A DNA stretch of 64,000 bases, from assembly GCA_043228905.1 (NCBI GenBank), contig JBHGNT010000012.1:16864001-16928000 (forward strand), in the 5' to 3' direction. The notes below the pieces were generated by a model that ran no database searches, was not told the origin of the DNA, and was given only the letters and a program-made list of their open reading frames with translations. The stretch is from Azolla caroliniana (lineage: Eukaryota; Plantae; Polypodiophyta). Made by a program: the position numbers and the translations under genes. Shown one piece after another: positions 37,130 to 48,371 of the stretch; positions within the stretch are counted from its first letter, which is position 1; every line of letters begins with the position of its first letter.

Positions 37130-38416
37130 TATGTGGAATGAACTACCCAAGTTGTTTCTTAAATTCTGAGACAAGGGTAGCAACACATGTCTCCTTATAT
37201 ACTTCCTTGATACGCTTAGTTACAAGTCCCTTGCCAATATTTTCAGTCACATACTCTAAATATTTCCATTTCACAATATGATTATTTCCCCAATCAAGCT
37301 CCTACCTACAAAATAATGGTAGCGGACAAACCTTACATGTTCTTAAAATACATGTACGACGATGCCACTCACATGATGGTTCTTTTTCACAAACACAAGA
37401 CCTCTATAACTCAGAAACGGATGCATAAGTCATGTTCCGTGCATTACACCTATTATCCTCCCCATTTGGTCTACAAACCTCACAAGTGCAGACACATAAT
37501 TCATTGTGTATACCCTTAGAATCAATACACATTGCATTCACTCCAAGCCTTAACATGTCCATCTTCACGTGGTACACACAACAACATGTATTCCTCTCAT
37601 TTAATTTTCTAACATAATATGGTTTCAAACCTTGGAATTTGCAGAATCCAACAGTCAAGCTTGGATGTTGGTCTTTAAAGTTCATGTACAATTCAGCCTA
37701 CGTCAACCAATATATGTAGCAAACATTAATATACACTTGGTCAAAACAAAAATTTATGGAATGTGAATTGATATAAAAAAATGGAATACCTCTGTCATCT
37801 CCAAGAAGTGTCTAGGGTGAATCTGGTACTTACCCTGACTTATTTGTTGTCTACACACGTCCTTCTTATTTGGTGAGACACGCGTATTTTTTGCCCAAAA
37901 TGAATCCACTTTCTCAATAATCTCTTGCGATAAGGCATCGCATCATCACCTACGTCCCAACCCTAGCCACTTGAATTGGCTTGAGTTTATATTTCGGCGA
38001 TGTTTCCTCAAGTTCCTTCTTTGAATACCCAAGGCTAAGGCAACTTTAGTATCACTATTTTTTTTTTCTCTCGCACCATTCACAACCATGTGTAGGGTTG
38101 CCCTCTCTACAACAAGTTTGTCTATGCTCTCTACACCTTTCACTAAGTCTAGGGATGACTTCATAGACTCTACAATCTCTTCTGAAACACATTGGTCCCT
38201 AAATTTTATTCTCCCCATGTCTTCATTCAAACGTTGATGGTGTAACACTCTACATATAATATCCCTACGATCCTCTTCACTAAATCTCTTCGTTATTTCT
38301 ACCAAATAACAGACTATGTGAAGAACCACTCGTCTCTTGGTCCTTTCAGATATACATGAGTTACTTGACAATTCACTCTCATTGGGGATCCCCATTTGGT
38401 CACTAGATTTATCCAA
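37130..38416 (-). pseudogene. Second, divergent Sola2-like transposase (N-terminal exons only)
   Basis: FWAKNTRVSPNKKDV, then an intron (~37700-37790), then YMNFKDQHPSLTVGFCKFQGLKPYYVRKLNERNTCCCVYH..CVCTCEVC, which aligns with FRQMHPNIKV..LKPHFVRRLKDRYTCCIYH..CTCECPIC at 15.6-15.8 kb. Confidence 0.7.
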
Positions 38417-39499
38417 AAAAATTAAGTGTCTTGCGAGAGTAATTAATGTTATATAGACTACACTAAGAAATCACAGTCAAATATTTTAAAATGCGGCCTG
38501 CAAAGTGAGAAATCATTCGTTTAGGACATTAGAATTACGGCTCAAAAATGACAATTAATCATTTCTTTATTCATAGATGTCTGAAAATGAAAAAATAGAT
38601 TTACGAATAGGAGACTAAAGAATTCTAAAAATGTCAAAATTAAGAATAGGGGTACTTACCAAATAAATCAATTATTGCTGAAGTCTCAAACAAGTATTGG
38701 AATACTTTCAAATGAGTGGAAGAAGTGACGAAGATGAATGTCGTATTGTGCCTCCAATCAGTGGACAAACCCTCAAATCAATGGAGGATGCCTCGTATTT
38801 CAGCGGCAATATGCCTCAAATCGGTGGAAGGAACCGCTAATGGTGGAGGGAGCCTTGAATCTGTGTGATATGCCATCTCGATTCAGTGGAAGAATCCTCG
38901 CCTCAGTGGAGGGAGCCTTGAATTTGTGTGATATGCCACCTCGATTCGGTGGAAGGATCCTCGCCTCGGTGGAAAAAGCCTCAAATCACCATGAGATAAA
39001 CTACAATCAGTGGAAGAAGTAAGAAAATCGTTCTCAAAGAAGTCACTATTGGCTATTATAAGAGGCCTCAGAATAGTCTCTAATCCTAAACTCAAACCTT
39101 AAAACATGTTTAGTATTGAAGCACCCAAATATCTGAGATATGCTCCCTAAACCCTAACAAACCTCTGAGATTGGAGGAAGACCAGAAACCTGACATGGAT
39201 GTCTGAGATGAAGAGCTCAGAGGGATAGAGGAAGAGGAGTAAGAGCAGTTGGTTTGAGAGGAAGCGCCAAAAAACAACGTGAGGGGAAAATAGCCCCCAA
39301 AATGGAAAGAACATCTCCTCATGTGTTCCCCCCACTCCTTGTCTTAAATGTCACTTGTACTACACTCACCCCACTCCCCAAAATCAAAAAAAAAAATCTC
39401 AGATTTTTTTTCTCAATTATTTAGTAGTAATAGTATCGAAAGGACTGACATTTTTTGTGGCCAAAAACAGTACTTTTCTGGTACACCGTAGCGTGCTTC

Positions 39500-40422
39500 C
39501 ACCCATACACAACAATACACAAGATAATCAATAGACAGAATAGTTATTGAAATCCAAGTCCGAACAGTGGCGGTAATCTAGGGCCAAATAGTGGCGGCAA
39601 TGGAGGAGTGAACTCCGTTTGATCGAACAATTTTGGCAATCCAGGACCGAACAATAGCGGCAACTGAGTGTAGAATGATGGCAATGGAGGAGTGAATTCC
39701 GTCGGATCGAACAGTGGCAGATGATGCTTGGAATGCACAGTGACGACAACTGAGAGTAGAATGGCAGCAGTGGAGAAGGAGTGAACTCCTTTGAGTCGAA
39801 AAGTGGCAGCAATACACGACCGAACAGTAGCGCCAACTGAGTGTAGAATGATGGCAATGGGTGAGTGAACTCCGTTTGATCGAACATTTTTGGCAATCCA
39901 AGACCGAACAATGGCGGCAACTGAGTGTAGAATGATGGCAATGGAGAAGTGAACTCCGTCAGATCGAACCGTGGTAGATGATGCTCAGAACACACAGTGC
40001 GGCAACTGAGAGTACAATGGCGGCAGTGGAGAAGGAGTGAACTCCCTCGGATGGTTATATTAAAACAACGAATGGTTATAACAATGGTGGCCGCCATGGC
40101 CGCACCAAAATGACTATCCGAAAACCCTAAAGGGAAACCCAAGAAGAAAACCCTAACCGAAACCCTAACCCTAAAACGAAATGGGAAGAGGGAGAACCCT
40201 AGACTAAGTGGTATACCTTACTCGCACAAAATAGGCAACCCCTTCATAAGTGACCCCTCCCTTCCTTTTATAGCCCAAGGAGGGAGGGACCTTACAATGT
40301 GGGACAAAATTTTCCCCTCTCTTTCTATACACCATATCCTAGTATACATGTGCACATGTTGCACACCACCGACTTGCCCCTTCCACCCCGGTTTCCGCCT
40401 ATGGACGAAAATCTTCACGACA
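39500..40422 (-). mobile_element. LTR fragment related to element E, in reverse orientation, with an internal ~80-95-bp tandem repeat; inserted into another LTR end (40423-40442)
   Basis: The reverse complement begins TGTCGTGAAGATTTTCGTCCATAGGCGGAAA like 28379. Six GAGTGAA(C/T)TCC-type units lie at 39600-40045. 40423-40442 equals the last 20 nt of the E LTR. Confidence 0.7.
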
Positions 40423-40684
40423 ACGCGCGTAACAACGCGACAACGTGATGTGGCAAAGGATCATGCATAATGGACCTAGGAATTCGGTATATAATTTATG
40501 GTGCACATATCAATTTATGTTGCACATTTATGGTGCTCATTTATATAATTGAAATTCTCTACTATTTTCAATGGTAGCTTTTTGCATAGCTAATTTATCA
40601 ATGGTAGCTTTTTGTAAAAAAGACTATTTATCAATGGTAGCTTTTTGCATAACTAATTAGCTATGTCAAGGACATAGCTAATTG

Positions 40685-40707
40685 TTTCCACTCACATGCT
40701 TTCACCC
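40685..40707 (-). repeat. Right TIR of the Sola2-like element
   Basis: 20/23 inverted match to 1012-1034, followed by TSD TGAG. Confidence 0.8.
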
Positions 40708-40711
40708 TGAG

Positions 40712-43037
40712 AGACCTATAGATTGCCCATGCTCGAAGGGACAACAGGGGTCCTTCTCGCAACCAACGACCACCATACGTACAATGTTGCATGTGGTGCG
40801 ATAGCGGCGACCACATCCAGAAGGACTAGACCGACTTCGCAGAGGCATTGAGGAACAATGTGGTGTACCTCTGGAACGGTCGGGTGCATGCGAGAGAAAC
40901 GCAAAGTCCCCTAGAGATGAACACTAGCCAAGGAGGAATGAAGAGAATGATGGAGGAGGCTACGACAACGCATGTCGACGGCGACCACATCCAAAAGGGC
41001 TAGACCGACTTCGCAGAGGCATTGAGGAACAATGTGGTGTACCTCTGGAACGGTCGGGTGCATGCGAGAGAAACGCAAAGTCCCCTAGAGATGAACACTA
41101 GCCAAGGAGGAATGAAGAGAATGATGGAGGAGGCTACGACAACACATGTCGACGGCGACCACATCCAGAAGGGTTAGACCGACTTCGTAGAGGCATTGAG
41201 GAACAATGTGGTGTACCTCTGGAACGGTCTAGTGCATGCGAGAGAAACGCAAAGTCCCCTAGAGATGAACACTAGCCGAGGAGGAATGAAGAGAATGATG
41301 GAGGAGGCTACGACAACACATGTCAACGGCGACCACATCCAGAAGTACTAGACCGACTTCGCAGAGGCATTGAGGAACAATGTGGTGTACCTTTGGAATG
41401 GTCAGGTGCATGCGAGAGAAACGCAAAGTCCCCTAGAGATGAACACTAGTCGAGGAGGAATGAAGAGAATGATGGAGGAGGCTACGACAATATATGTCGA
41501 CGCCATCCACTACTCGGCATTGGCTAGAATCCAGGTTGGAGGAGAGAAAAGCACAAACCTAAGAAACGACACCGGATTCTGTCTGGTTGTGCTTGAAGGC
41601 TTCTCCAGGAAGAAGCTAAAGAAGGAGCATGCCGACCATGTGGAGAGGTGGATCCAAGAGGTTACTGGATGGGACAATCTGGTTGAGGAGAAGTCGAGCT
41701 TCGTGGAAGCTACGTGCCAAAACTACGAGGTTTTGGTGGATGAGAAGCGAACCGGAAGGCTAGAGGAATAGGCCCTTCGGAGAGGTATGATACCTGGAGC
41801 GGGCCGAAGAGGGGTGATGGTGGTTCAATCAACCCGTAAGGGAGAGGAAGGGAAAAGTTCCTGAGCTTCCGGCTTAGCTCGGAGATAGAACAATCGATGA
41901 GCTTACGGAAGGTCCTAGAAGAGCAAATCCTCAACACCCACATGGGATTCATGCTTAGAGTAGTGTTGGGCACTACAAAGAAAGAACTCCATGACATGAT
42001 CATCGACCTCGTGAAGAGGAAGAGGCTCTCCATAGAGCTAGAGAACATAACGCTTGTTGTTGTCAGCGCGGTGGCAATTGATAAGATGGCGATGGAGGAA
42101 GAATATTCGGACAACCACTACACTAGGGCACACTAGGCAAGGGCGACGACGAAGACACCGGTCCAGATCAGAGACGTGAAAGAGCCAGTCCTAACATTGA
42201 TTGACCACAGATCCGAGATTAATCTGATGTCGATGAACTTCTACAAGAAGGGAAAGTGGTTTATCAACACCAAGCATGGGTGGAAGATACGAGTGCCAAA
42301 CCGTGCTATAGAGGAATTATACGGGGCATGCCTGAATGTCCAGGTGAAGGTGGGGGACGTAGAAATCGACCAACATTTCTTCGTATAGGAGACGTCATCC
42401 TATCTTGTCATACTAGGGGAACCTTACATCAAGGTGGCTCGTATGGAAACAAAGGTGCTCGACAACCGGTCAACATACGCGAAACATACGCGAGGGTGAA
42501 GAGTCAGGACAGGATGCACTCTATCCAATTCCTTACAATTCGGTCAAACCAGGAGAAAAACAGGGATTCTCTCGGTAGCGACTGTCGGGAGGATTTTTTA
42601 AGAGGGCTATAAAGGCGTGGAACCATGATAGTCCGGATAACCGACTGAAACCCTACACTTGTACTATAGGTAGGAAATTATGGCTCTCTGATAATGGTGG
42701 TACAATAACCGGAATCAACGACCGGGAAAAACAACAGGTTGAGGTATGGCTGAAGGCATGCGGAGCAATGGACCCTAATGACTCAATCAAAGGCGCCATG
42801 GAGGCAGTTTCATTCGACAACACCCTTGGGGAGATCGAGAAGGTGGTTGAAAGATATCATAACAAAGAACGGGAGATTCTGGTCAATTCAGTTTGCATGT
42901 ATCGAGTAGTCGAGGGGTTCGAGTAGATGGTCAGGCCGGGTTGGACCGTCCACGTTAGCACTAAGTACAAGACTGTGGACCGGAACGTGAGGCCAGTCGT
43001 GGCACCGTTACCGGAGGACAGTTGGGAACGGATGAAG
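40712..43037 (+). pseudogene. Element A gag C-terminus, aspartic protease and start of pol
   Basis: LTLIDHRSEINLMS (degenerate D-x-G-S), GWKIR..LYGAC..VKVGDVEIDQHFFV, KYKTVDRNVRPV. Confidence 0.7.
40805..41500 (+). repeat. Four tandem 174-bp (58-codon) repeats inside element A gag
   Basis: GCGACCACATCC recurs at 40807, 40981, 41155 and 41329. Confidence 0.92.
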
Positions 43038-46000
43038 TGGGAAGAATAGCGCAGAATATTGCTCAGACACAACCAAGTCTTGAATCACAGAAATGGGAAG
43101 TAAAGAGTACACCGAATATTTACATGGAAAACCCTAATAGGGAAAAAACCACAGGAGCCCACGAACTCCAACTATCACTATATCAGAGGAAATATAAAGT
43201 GGATACACAGAGGCAACGACCTCGTGCTTGCGATCTTCGCAAGACAGCGGTTACAACAGAAAGTGCTCGTAGCTACTATCTTGCTCTCTCTCTCTCTCTC
43301 TATACAACAGTTATCACTACAACAATATGACAACTTTCTCTACACATCTATAGAGTGATTGCCCTAAGTCATATTTATACTTATATGAACTTAGGGCTAT
43401 TTACAAATATAGTGTCAATAGGCTTACTCAAAACATATTTACAAATATGTCTTCTCTTCCGGTTCTCGCCGGGTCCATCCGATTCGGTTTCCGGATCTCT
43501 TCCGGTTCTCATCGGGTCCTCTTCATTCATAACTAGATCCCATCCGGAGGGACCGATTTCCCAACAATCCCCCCCTTCACTCCAGCATGGGATGTCTCGC
43601 AAGCCCGATTCGCTTTCAGCATGCGTCCAGCTTGCCGGTTGTCAACACCTTGGTCAGCATATCCGACCCGTTCTCCTCCGTGTTGATCTTGGTTAGCACG
43701 AACTCTTGATCTTCTACTCTTTCTCGAATCCAGTGGTACCTCCATTGGATATGTTTCGTCCGAGAATGGTAAGCCACGTTCTTTTCAAGGTGGATGGCAC
43801 TTTGACTGTCGCAATAGAGCCGGTATTCCTCTTGTTGGATCCCTAGATCTCCGATGAAGTCCTTCATCTAGATTATCTCCTTGTCGGCTTCTATAGCTGC
43901 CATGTACTCTGCCTCCTTCGTTGACAACGCAACCATTTTCTGCAGCCTCGACTGCCATGAAACAACTCCCCCTACATAAGTCATGTCATGCTGGTATCCG
44001 CATCAGCCGACATATCCGAATCCGTGAAACCATCGAATTGAGGTTTTCCGGAGCCAAACTGCAGGCACATACTCGAGGTGCCTTTCATATACCGGAGTAT
44101 CCACTTGACCGTGTTCCAGTGCTCTCTTCCGGGATTGCTCATGAACCGGCTCACCACTCCGACTACATATCCGATATCCGGCCGGGTACATACCATCGCG
44201 TACATCAAGCTCCCGACGACATAGGCATATGGTATCTTCATCATATCCGTCTTCTCTGCCTTTGTCCTCGAGCTTTGTTTTCCGGATAGTTTGCAGTTTG
44301 TTGGAAGAGTCGATCCTACCGGTTTTGCCTCTGACATGTTGAACCGTTGAAGCACCTTTGTCACGTACTTCTCCTGTGACAACTACAACAACTTCTTCAA
44401 CCGGTCCCGGATGATGTGCATTACCAATATCTATCATGTCGGCCCCAAGTCTTTCATTGAGAAGGTTCGGTTCATAGCCTTCTTCAGCATTTGAATCTTG
44501 CCTTGGTCTCGTCCAACGATTAGCATATCATCCACATATAGGAGGAGTATCAGGAAATCTCCCCATCAAATTTCTTCACAAACACGCAGTGATCGGCCTG
44601 CGTCTTGTGGTACCCTTGGTCGGTCATGAAGGAGTCGAACTTCCGGTACCATTGCCGGGGAGCTTGCTTCAGTTCGTATAGGCTCTTCTTTAGCTGGCAC
44701 ACCAGGTGCTCCTTACCTTTCTTCTCAAATCCTTCCGGTTGATGCATGTAGATCTCTTCTTCGAGGTCGCCATGTAGGAATGTCGTCTTGACATCCAGTT
44801 GCTCTACCTCGAGGTCCATGCTTGCCGATATGCCCAATACCGTCTGGATAGATGTCATCTTTACTATCGGGGCAAAGAACTCATCAAAATCCACTCCTTT
44901 CTTCTGTTGGAACCCCTTCACCACGATCCGGGCTTTGTATCTCGATGGGTTTTCGGCATCTCCCAGTTTCAGCTTGTACACCCACTTGTTCCGGACTAAC
45001 CTCTTTCCTTTCGGCAAATCCGTCAGTTCATACGTGTGGTTCTCATGCAGGGAATCCATCTCATCCTACATGGCACTCAACCACTTGCGGTTGTGGGTGT
45101 CTTTCTTTGCTTCTTCGAAGCTTTCTGGCTCTCCCTCATCGGTCAGCAATACATGCTCTGCATCCGGAAATATCCGGGGGGTTCTTCTCTCTCTGAGAGG
45201 GTATCTTCGTCCTTGGTTTTTGGCAACTGATTCTTCCATCTGTTCCGAATCTGAATCCGATTCAGGATCTTGTCCGGTTTCAGTGTCTTCTTCTTCTTCT
45301 TCGGTCGGTTCACATTCTTGTCCGTATCCGGCCGGTTCATCGAGTGTCATCAGGTTATCGGCTAACATCCGGTTTTCAACCGGGGATATCCTTGTGCCCT
45401 CAAGCGAGTTTTCATTGGATGATCTGGAGTTCATCATCATCTTCTCCGACTCCCAATCGGCAATGGTCCTGACTTCCATGAATACTATGTCCCGACTCCG
45501 GAACACCTTCTTATCGACCAGATCCCACACCCGGTAACCGAACTCATTGTCGTCGTGTCCAAGGAATATGCATGGATGGCACTTCGGATCCAGTTTCACT
45601 CTCTTGTCCTTCGCGACATGCACGTAAGCGAGACATCCGAACACTTTTAGATGCCGGTTGGATACGTCCTTATTGGTCCGCACTCTTTATAGTGTATCTC
45701 CGTCCAAGGGTATTGAGGGTGATCTGTTTATCACGTAAGTCGTCGTCATCAACGCCTCAACCCAAAACGTCTTGGGTAACTTGCTGCGGACTCTCTCCAT
45801 TATGGTCCAGTTCATCCATTTAGCCAACCCCTTTAGTTCGGCGTCTTCAGCACAGTAAATTCGAGCCCGATTCCCTTCGACCGGCAGTACTCCTCGAACT
45901 GCCCCTTGTATTCTCCTCCGTTATCTGCTCGAACCATCTTTAGCTTCCGGCCGGTTTCTCTTTCAACTCTCCCGTAGAGTTCCTTGAAGACGGATAACAC

Positions 46001-46613
46001 TTGATCCTTTGTCTTCAATGATGAGACCCACAGTTTCTGGTTGTGGTCATCTATGAACATCACGAAATACCACGCGCTGGCATGTGACTTCATGTCCACT
46101 TGCCACACATCGGAATATTGCTCAGCCACAATCGAGTCTTGAATCACAGAAATCGGAAGTAGAGAGTACGCAAAATATTTACGTGGAAAACCCTAATAGG
46201 GCAAAAACCACGGGAGCCCACGGACTCCAACTATCACTATATGAGAGGAAATACAAAGCGGAGACACAGAGGCAACGACCTCGTGCTCGCGATCTTCGCA
46301 AGACAACGGTTACAACAAAAAGTGTCGTAGCTACTATCTTGCTCTCTCTCTCTCTCTTTATACAACAGTTATCACTACAACAATATGACAACCCTCTCTA
46401 CACATCTATAGAGTGATTGCCCTAAGTCATATTTATACTTATATGAACTTAGGGCTATTTACAAATATAACGTCAATAGGCTTACTCAAAACATATTTAC
46501 AAATATGTCTTCTCTTCCAGTTCTCACCGGGTCCATCAGATCCGGTTTCCGGATCTCATCGGGTCCTCTTCATTCATAATTGGATCCCATCCGGGGGGAC
46601 TGATTTCCCAACA
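43038..46613 (-). mobile_element. Ty1/copia element F, internally deleted (no gag, PR or PBS)
   Basis: 5-bp TSD TGAAG at 43033-43037 and 46614-46618. LTRs 43038-43566 and ~46113-46613. IN, RT and RH fragments at 43616-46110. Confidence 0.9.
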
Positions 46614-48371
46614 TGAAGGGGGTCACAACTGCCCCGAGTTTACGTGACCCGTGCGGCTGAGGGTATCGGTTCACCGACGAGACACTACGGAAGCTCAAAA
46701 TTGATGGGGGAGGCTTCTTACTACCCGCGGAAGAGGACCGGTTTTGGAGGATGATCAAGAGTCGCGGTGTCGTGATGTGGCGTGCTCGAGAGTGGGAAAA
46801 ACCGGCGAAAGGGGGGGTCAAAATGTGCATGTGCAATGTGTGTGCACACAAAGGTGATTAATTGTGCATATGCAAAATAAAAGGGAAAACAAAGGGTGGA
46901 AAGGATGTATAGAAACTCGTGTAAAAAGTAAAAGAGAGGAGAGCTAAAAGGTAGAGGGGAGACGAGCTATGAATTTGTAGAGGTAGAATTATATATTATA
47001 TAAGAGAGAGTTAATGGGTTAGTGGATAGTCACATTGACTTCTAGCTAGAGGTGCACGGTTCAAATCTAGTCTTACAATGCAGCGTGATTTAAGGAATTT
47101 TATTCCCTTTGCATTGAAGACAAAATTGGCGACCTCCCTTCTTCTTTTTTCTATAAAAGGGGGTCGAGGGGGGCTCATTTGGGAGAAAGTTTTGGGAGGA
47201 GGAGACTATCGCCATTTTTCCTTCGGAGCTCTTCATCTTCTTCTTCACCACTTCTCTTCATCTCATACCCCTTCATCCCCTCATCACCACGTGCTCGTCT
47301 TCTTTGCGTCGGCACTCGAAGTGCTCGTGAGCCCAAGCTTCATTGGTTCGACGTTGCGAGCCCGTTCGTCGTTGCGACCCCATGTGCTCGTCGTTCGGGT
47401 TATCGTGGTTCGTTGAGGTTGGCATTTTGGTGGTGCTCGTGTGTTCATCTTCGTCGTGTTCGGATTTTCTCTTGTCTCTAAGGGCATTTAGTATTTATGT
47501 TTTGATTGAGCTGGTGGTTAACTAGAAGTTGCCATTGTAAAAACCCTATTTTATAAAGGGGCCTCTTGCGTTGGAATCTAACACGTATTTACTTCTTTGG
47601 CCGATATCATTCGTGTTTCTTTCCTTCTTTCTTTCTTTCTTGTTTGTGCCTTCCTTGTACGTTTGGCCGTCTTGTGACGACAGAGCATGTCGGGCGTGCC
47701 CATGCACCTCTCCTCCTCATAAAGACGTACGGGCATTCGTGTTTGTGATATCGTCCCCTTGTGCGTTCATCTTGCGCCCTCATCTTTGCTTGTACCCATT
47801 TGATCACTTGTCTCGTGCGGTGATCTTGAAAGGTCGACAAGTCGTGATCAACGAAAGCCGCCAACCTCACAAAACAAAGGGCAACGAGCCCTTGCTCGGG
47901 GAGGATTCGTAGAGTGGGTCCATAGAGAGGATTCGTAGAGTGGGTTCGTAGAGAAGATTTGTAGAGTGGGTTCGTAGAGAGGATCCGTAGAGAGGGTTCG
48001 TAGATGTCAGGAACAGTACTAAGACAGAGAAGGAATTAGTACTAAAAGAAGTATTAGTACTAAGAGAGGTGAAGAACTCTCGAGAGAAGGAAAGAGTGAG
48101 TGAGAGGGAGGGAGAGAGAGAGAGAGAGAGTGAGTGATGATAAGAAAAGATATATATTATGTGAAGAAAATGTACAGTAGCTAGGAGGCTTAAGACTAGC
48201 GTTGAACCGATTTGGTTCGAAATAATGCCTTGTGCCTCCTTTTATAGTGTTCTAAGGAATACTCCTGAAGTTTCTAGAATGTTCTAGAGAAATCTGGAAT
48301 ATACATCAATTTTCTATAATAAAACATAAATGAAAATAATATTCTATGTATTACAATGTATAGTCTAATGG

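Larger units (their letters stand above)
1012..40707 (-). mobile_element. Sola2-like DNA transposon, 39.7 kb including nested insertions
   Basis: Imperfect TIRs GGGTAAAAGCATGGTAGTGGAAA (1012-1034) and the reverse complement of 40685-40707 GGGTGAAAGCATGTGAGTGGAAA match 20/23. The 4-bp TSD TGAG lies at 1008-1011 and 40708-40711, and excision restores the gag frame. GGG..CCC termini, a 4-bp TSD and the internal transposase motifs fit Sola2. Confidence 0.8.

Noticed and set aside
38820-38975. 63-bp tandem repeat and the 94-aa ORF over it
   Set aside because: About two copies upstream of the second transposase; the ORF is a product of the repeat.
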